DNA of 36,002 nucleotides from Perkinsus olseni (Eukaryota): NCBI GenBank assembly GCA_013115125.1, contig JABANN010000352.1, positions 1 to 36,002 of the forward strand, read 5' to 3'. Shown piece by piece: positions 34,644 to 36,002 of this stretch (position 1 is its first letter; each line of letters starts with the position of its first letter). The notes under the pieces were generated by a model. It saw only the letters and a program-made list of their open reading frames with translations, ran no database searches and was not told where the DNA came from. The position numbers and the translations under genes were made by a program.

Positions 34644-35812
34644 ATGAAGCGACTCTTCGTCACATTCGTGGCGACAGCGGTCAGTCTCCGAGTTGGAGGT
34701 AATTTTTTTTCCGGAAAATTTCGGTAAATTTTCGATTTTTTCAGATTTCGAGGAAGCGGAGGTCGGTGGTGTTTGCCCGGAGACGGCCGGACACGTGGAT
34801 GCTCGAAGTCGCCTGGGAATCGATTCGGTAATTTCGTGGCGCGTGACGATTTTTTTGTGGTAATTTTTTTCAGATTCTTTCCTGTGCGCAATATACAAGA
34901 GAACATGTTCGAGGAAATTATGAATTTGTTAGTTATAATAAAGGAAGTAAAAATGCAGGGCGGCGGGATCGATCCGGGGACCTTTCGACTGCCCATCAGA
35001 TACGACTTGTATGTGGAGCAAATCTTGCGAGTGCGTTGCCCTTGGCGAGTGCCCTTCTGGCGACCCCGAGGTAAAAAGGCGGATTTTTCCCCAATTTGTG
35101 GGAAAAAATTTTGGTGGAGGCAATTTTTCGGGTGGAAATTCATTTTTACTTGGACTTATTTTTCTGTTCTCATCAGCCCTGGGGATTTGCACGCGCGTAT
35201 CTTAGGTCGATGCGTGTCTTTCACAGGTGAGGATTCGGCCACTTTGCCCCTATATTTCGCTACGCGTGCGAAAAATTCGGTAAAAATTTCCGCTTGGCTT
35301 GCCAGTGTGTAATAATTTCGTGGCGCGACGGATTTTTTGTTGTTTTCGCTTCAGGGCGGTTGGAGAAGTGCTTTGATAGTTCGTCTGTTGAATACTGAGT
35401 TGGCAGACAGGCCGGTCCGGTATGATAGGAAGCCTCATGTGGTGGGAGGGGACCCAGTGTCGATGGAAGATTCTGGCATCGGTAGGTCGTGGGTTCGATC
35501 CCTGGCTGCGGCATTTTAAAGGCAACTTCTTTGTTGTGAATCGTTTCATTCGGGAAGAAAAATTTTCATATGAAAGGAGAGTGGAAAATAAAAAGGAAGA
35601 AATATGAGTTTTCATAGATGTCGGTTGTGGGATTCGAACCGGGGACCTTCCGTATGTCAGAATTAATACCACAGCGAAGCCTCCTGCCCGACACCGTCAT
35701 TTGGAGGTTACCAAAGTATAGGAACAGCGGAGTGCGATCGCGTAGGATTCGTGCACACCAACTTTTCGCCAAATCGTGGATGTTTCAGAGTTCGCCGCGC
35801 TCGCCCCGGTGA
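34644..35812 (+). CDS. Hypothetical multi-exon protein; frame and ends uncertain
   Basis: Series of GT-AG-bounded open segments. ATG 34644 gives a signal-like MKRLFVTFVATAVSL, but alternative phases also join. No family recognised. Confidence 0.3.
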
Positions 35813-36002
35813 TCGATGGGGATGTTAGGATGGTTGGCTCGCCGGGGCTCACAGCGAAGAGTGAAGGAGGACAGTAAGGGGTTGCAATCTGACTTATTTC
35901 GTATCTAGCATGAGTCGACTTGGGATTCGTTACAGGGTGTTCCAATTCGATATGCAAATCACAAAAATCAGTCTAATTCAGCACATACTACGTGTTTGAG
36001 GC

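Larger units (their letters stand above)
4463..35215. repeat. Dispersed spaced inverted repeat GWATCTT-N14-AAGATWC (core AGGTYGA in the spacer)
   Basis: Dozens of full or half copies. The 14-nt spacer was checked near 4464, 6234, 7808, 10696, 13130, 13496, 14051 and 21230. Confidence 0.85.
2512..35330. repeat. Dispersed 16-mer AATTTCGTGGCGCGCG / CGCGCGCCACGAAATT
   Basis: Near-exact copies near 2643, 8849, 10039, 11698, 12801, 15348, 20524-20837 (x8), 24295, 25078, 25601, 25993, 28735, 30299, 30318, 30420, 33193, 34830 and 35314. Confidence 0.88.
620..35650. repeat. Dispersed tRNA T-arm/B-box fragments (RAGGTCCCSGGWTCGAWYCC), both orientations
   Basis: Roughly 30 or more copies by eye, e.g. 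near 1346, 2107, 2223, 3814, 6955, 7251, 7995, 10957, 11505, 12825, 19252, 19561, 19871, 20353, 21903, 23162, 23602, 24413, 25547, 30735, 33826, 34181, 34965, 35485 and 35629. Confidence 0.85.

Overview
Gene-dense, intron-rich eukaryotic protist DNA with many GT-AG introns of about 30-60 nt; the style suggests a Perkinsus-like alveolate, but that is inference. I assembled these spliced gene models by hand, checking exon phases: the 3' end of a MULE-like SWIM-finger ORF (1-375), U1 snRNP 70K (+, 894-4411), an RNI-type LRR protein (+, ~5.5-10.5 kb), a small secreted protein (-), SF3A3/Prp9 (-, 11777-15720, with a TIR MITE in one intron), a ~10 kb minus-strand gene joining tail-fibre-like repeats to an NCLDV-type archaeo-eukaryotic primase (AEP) domain (16000-26179), a striatin-like WD40 gene (+, 28507-34386) and a hypothetical gene at the end. 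The most striking signal is non-coding. Many introns and intergenic stretches are built from a small vocabulary of orientation-independent motifs: tRNA T-arm/B-box fragments, GWATCTT-N14-AAGATWC, ATCGATC-N4-GATCGAT, AATTTCGTGGCGCGCG, AGCGGAGCGAAGC and AATCTTGC..TTCCTCAACG. These motifs fill whole mini-introns, supply splice-site dinucleotides, seed minisatellites and sometimes appear inside exons. All coordinates and copy counts were read by eye.
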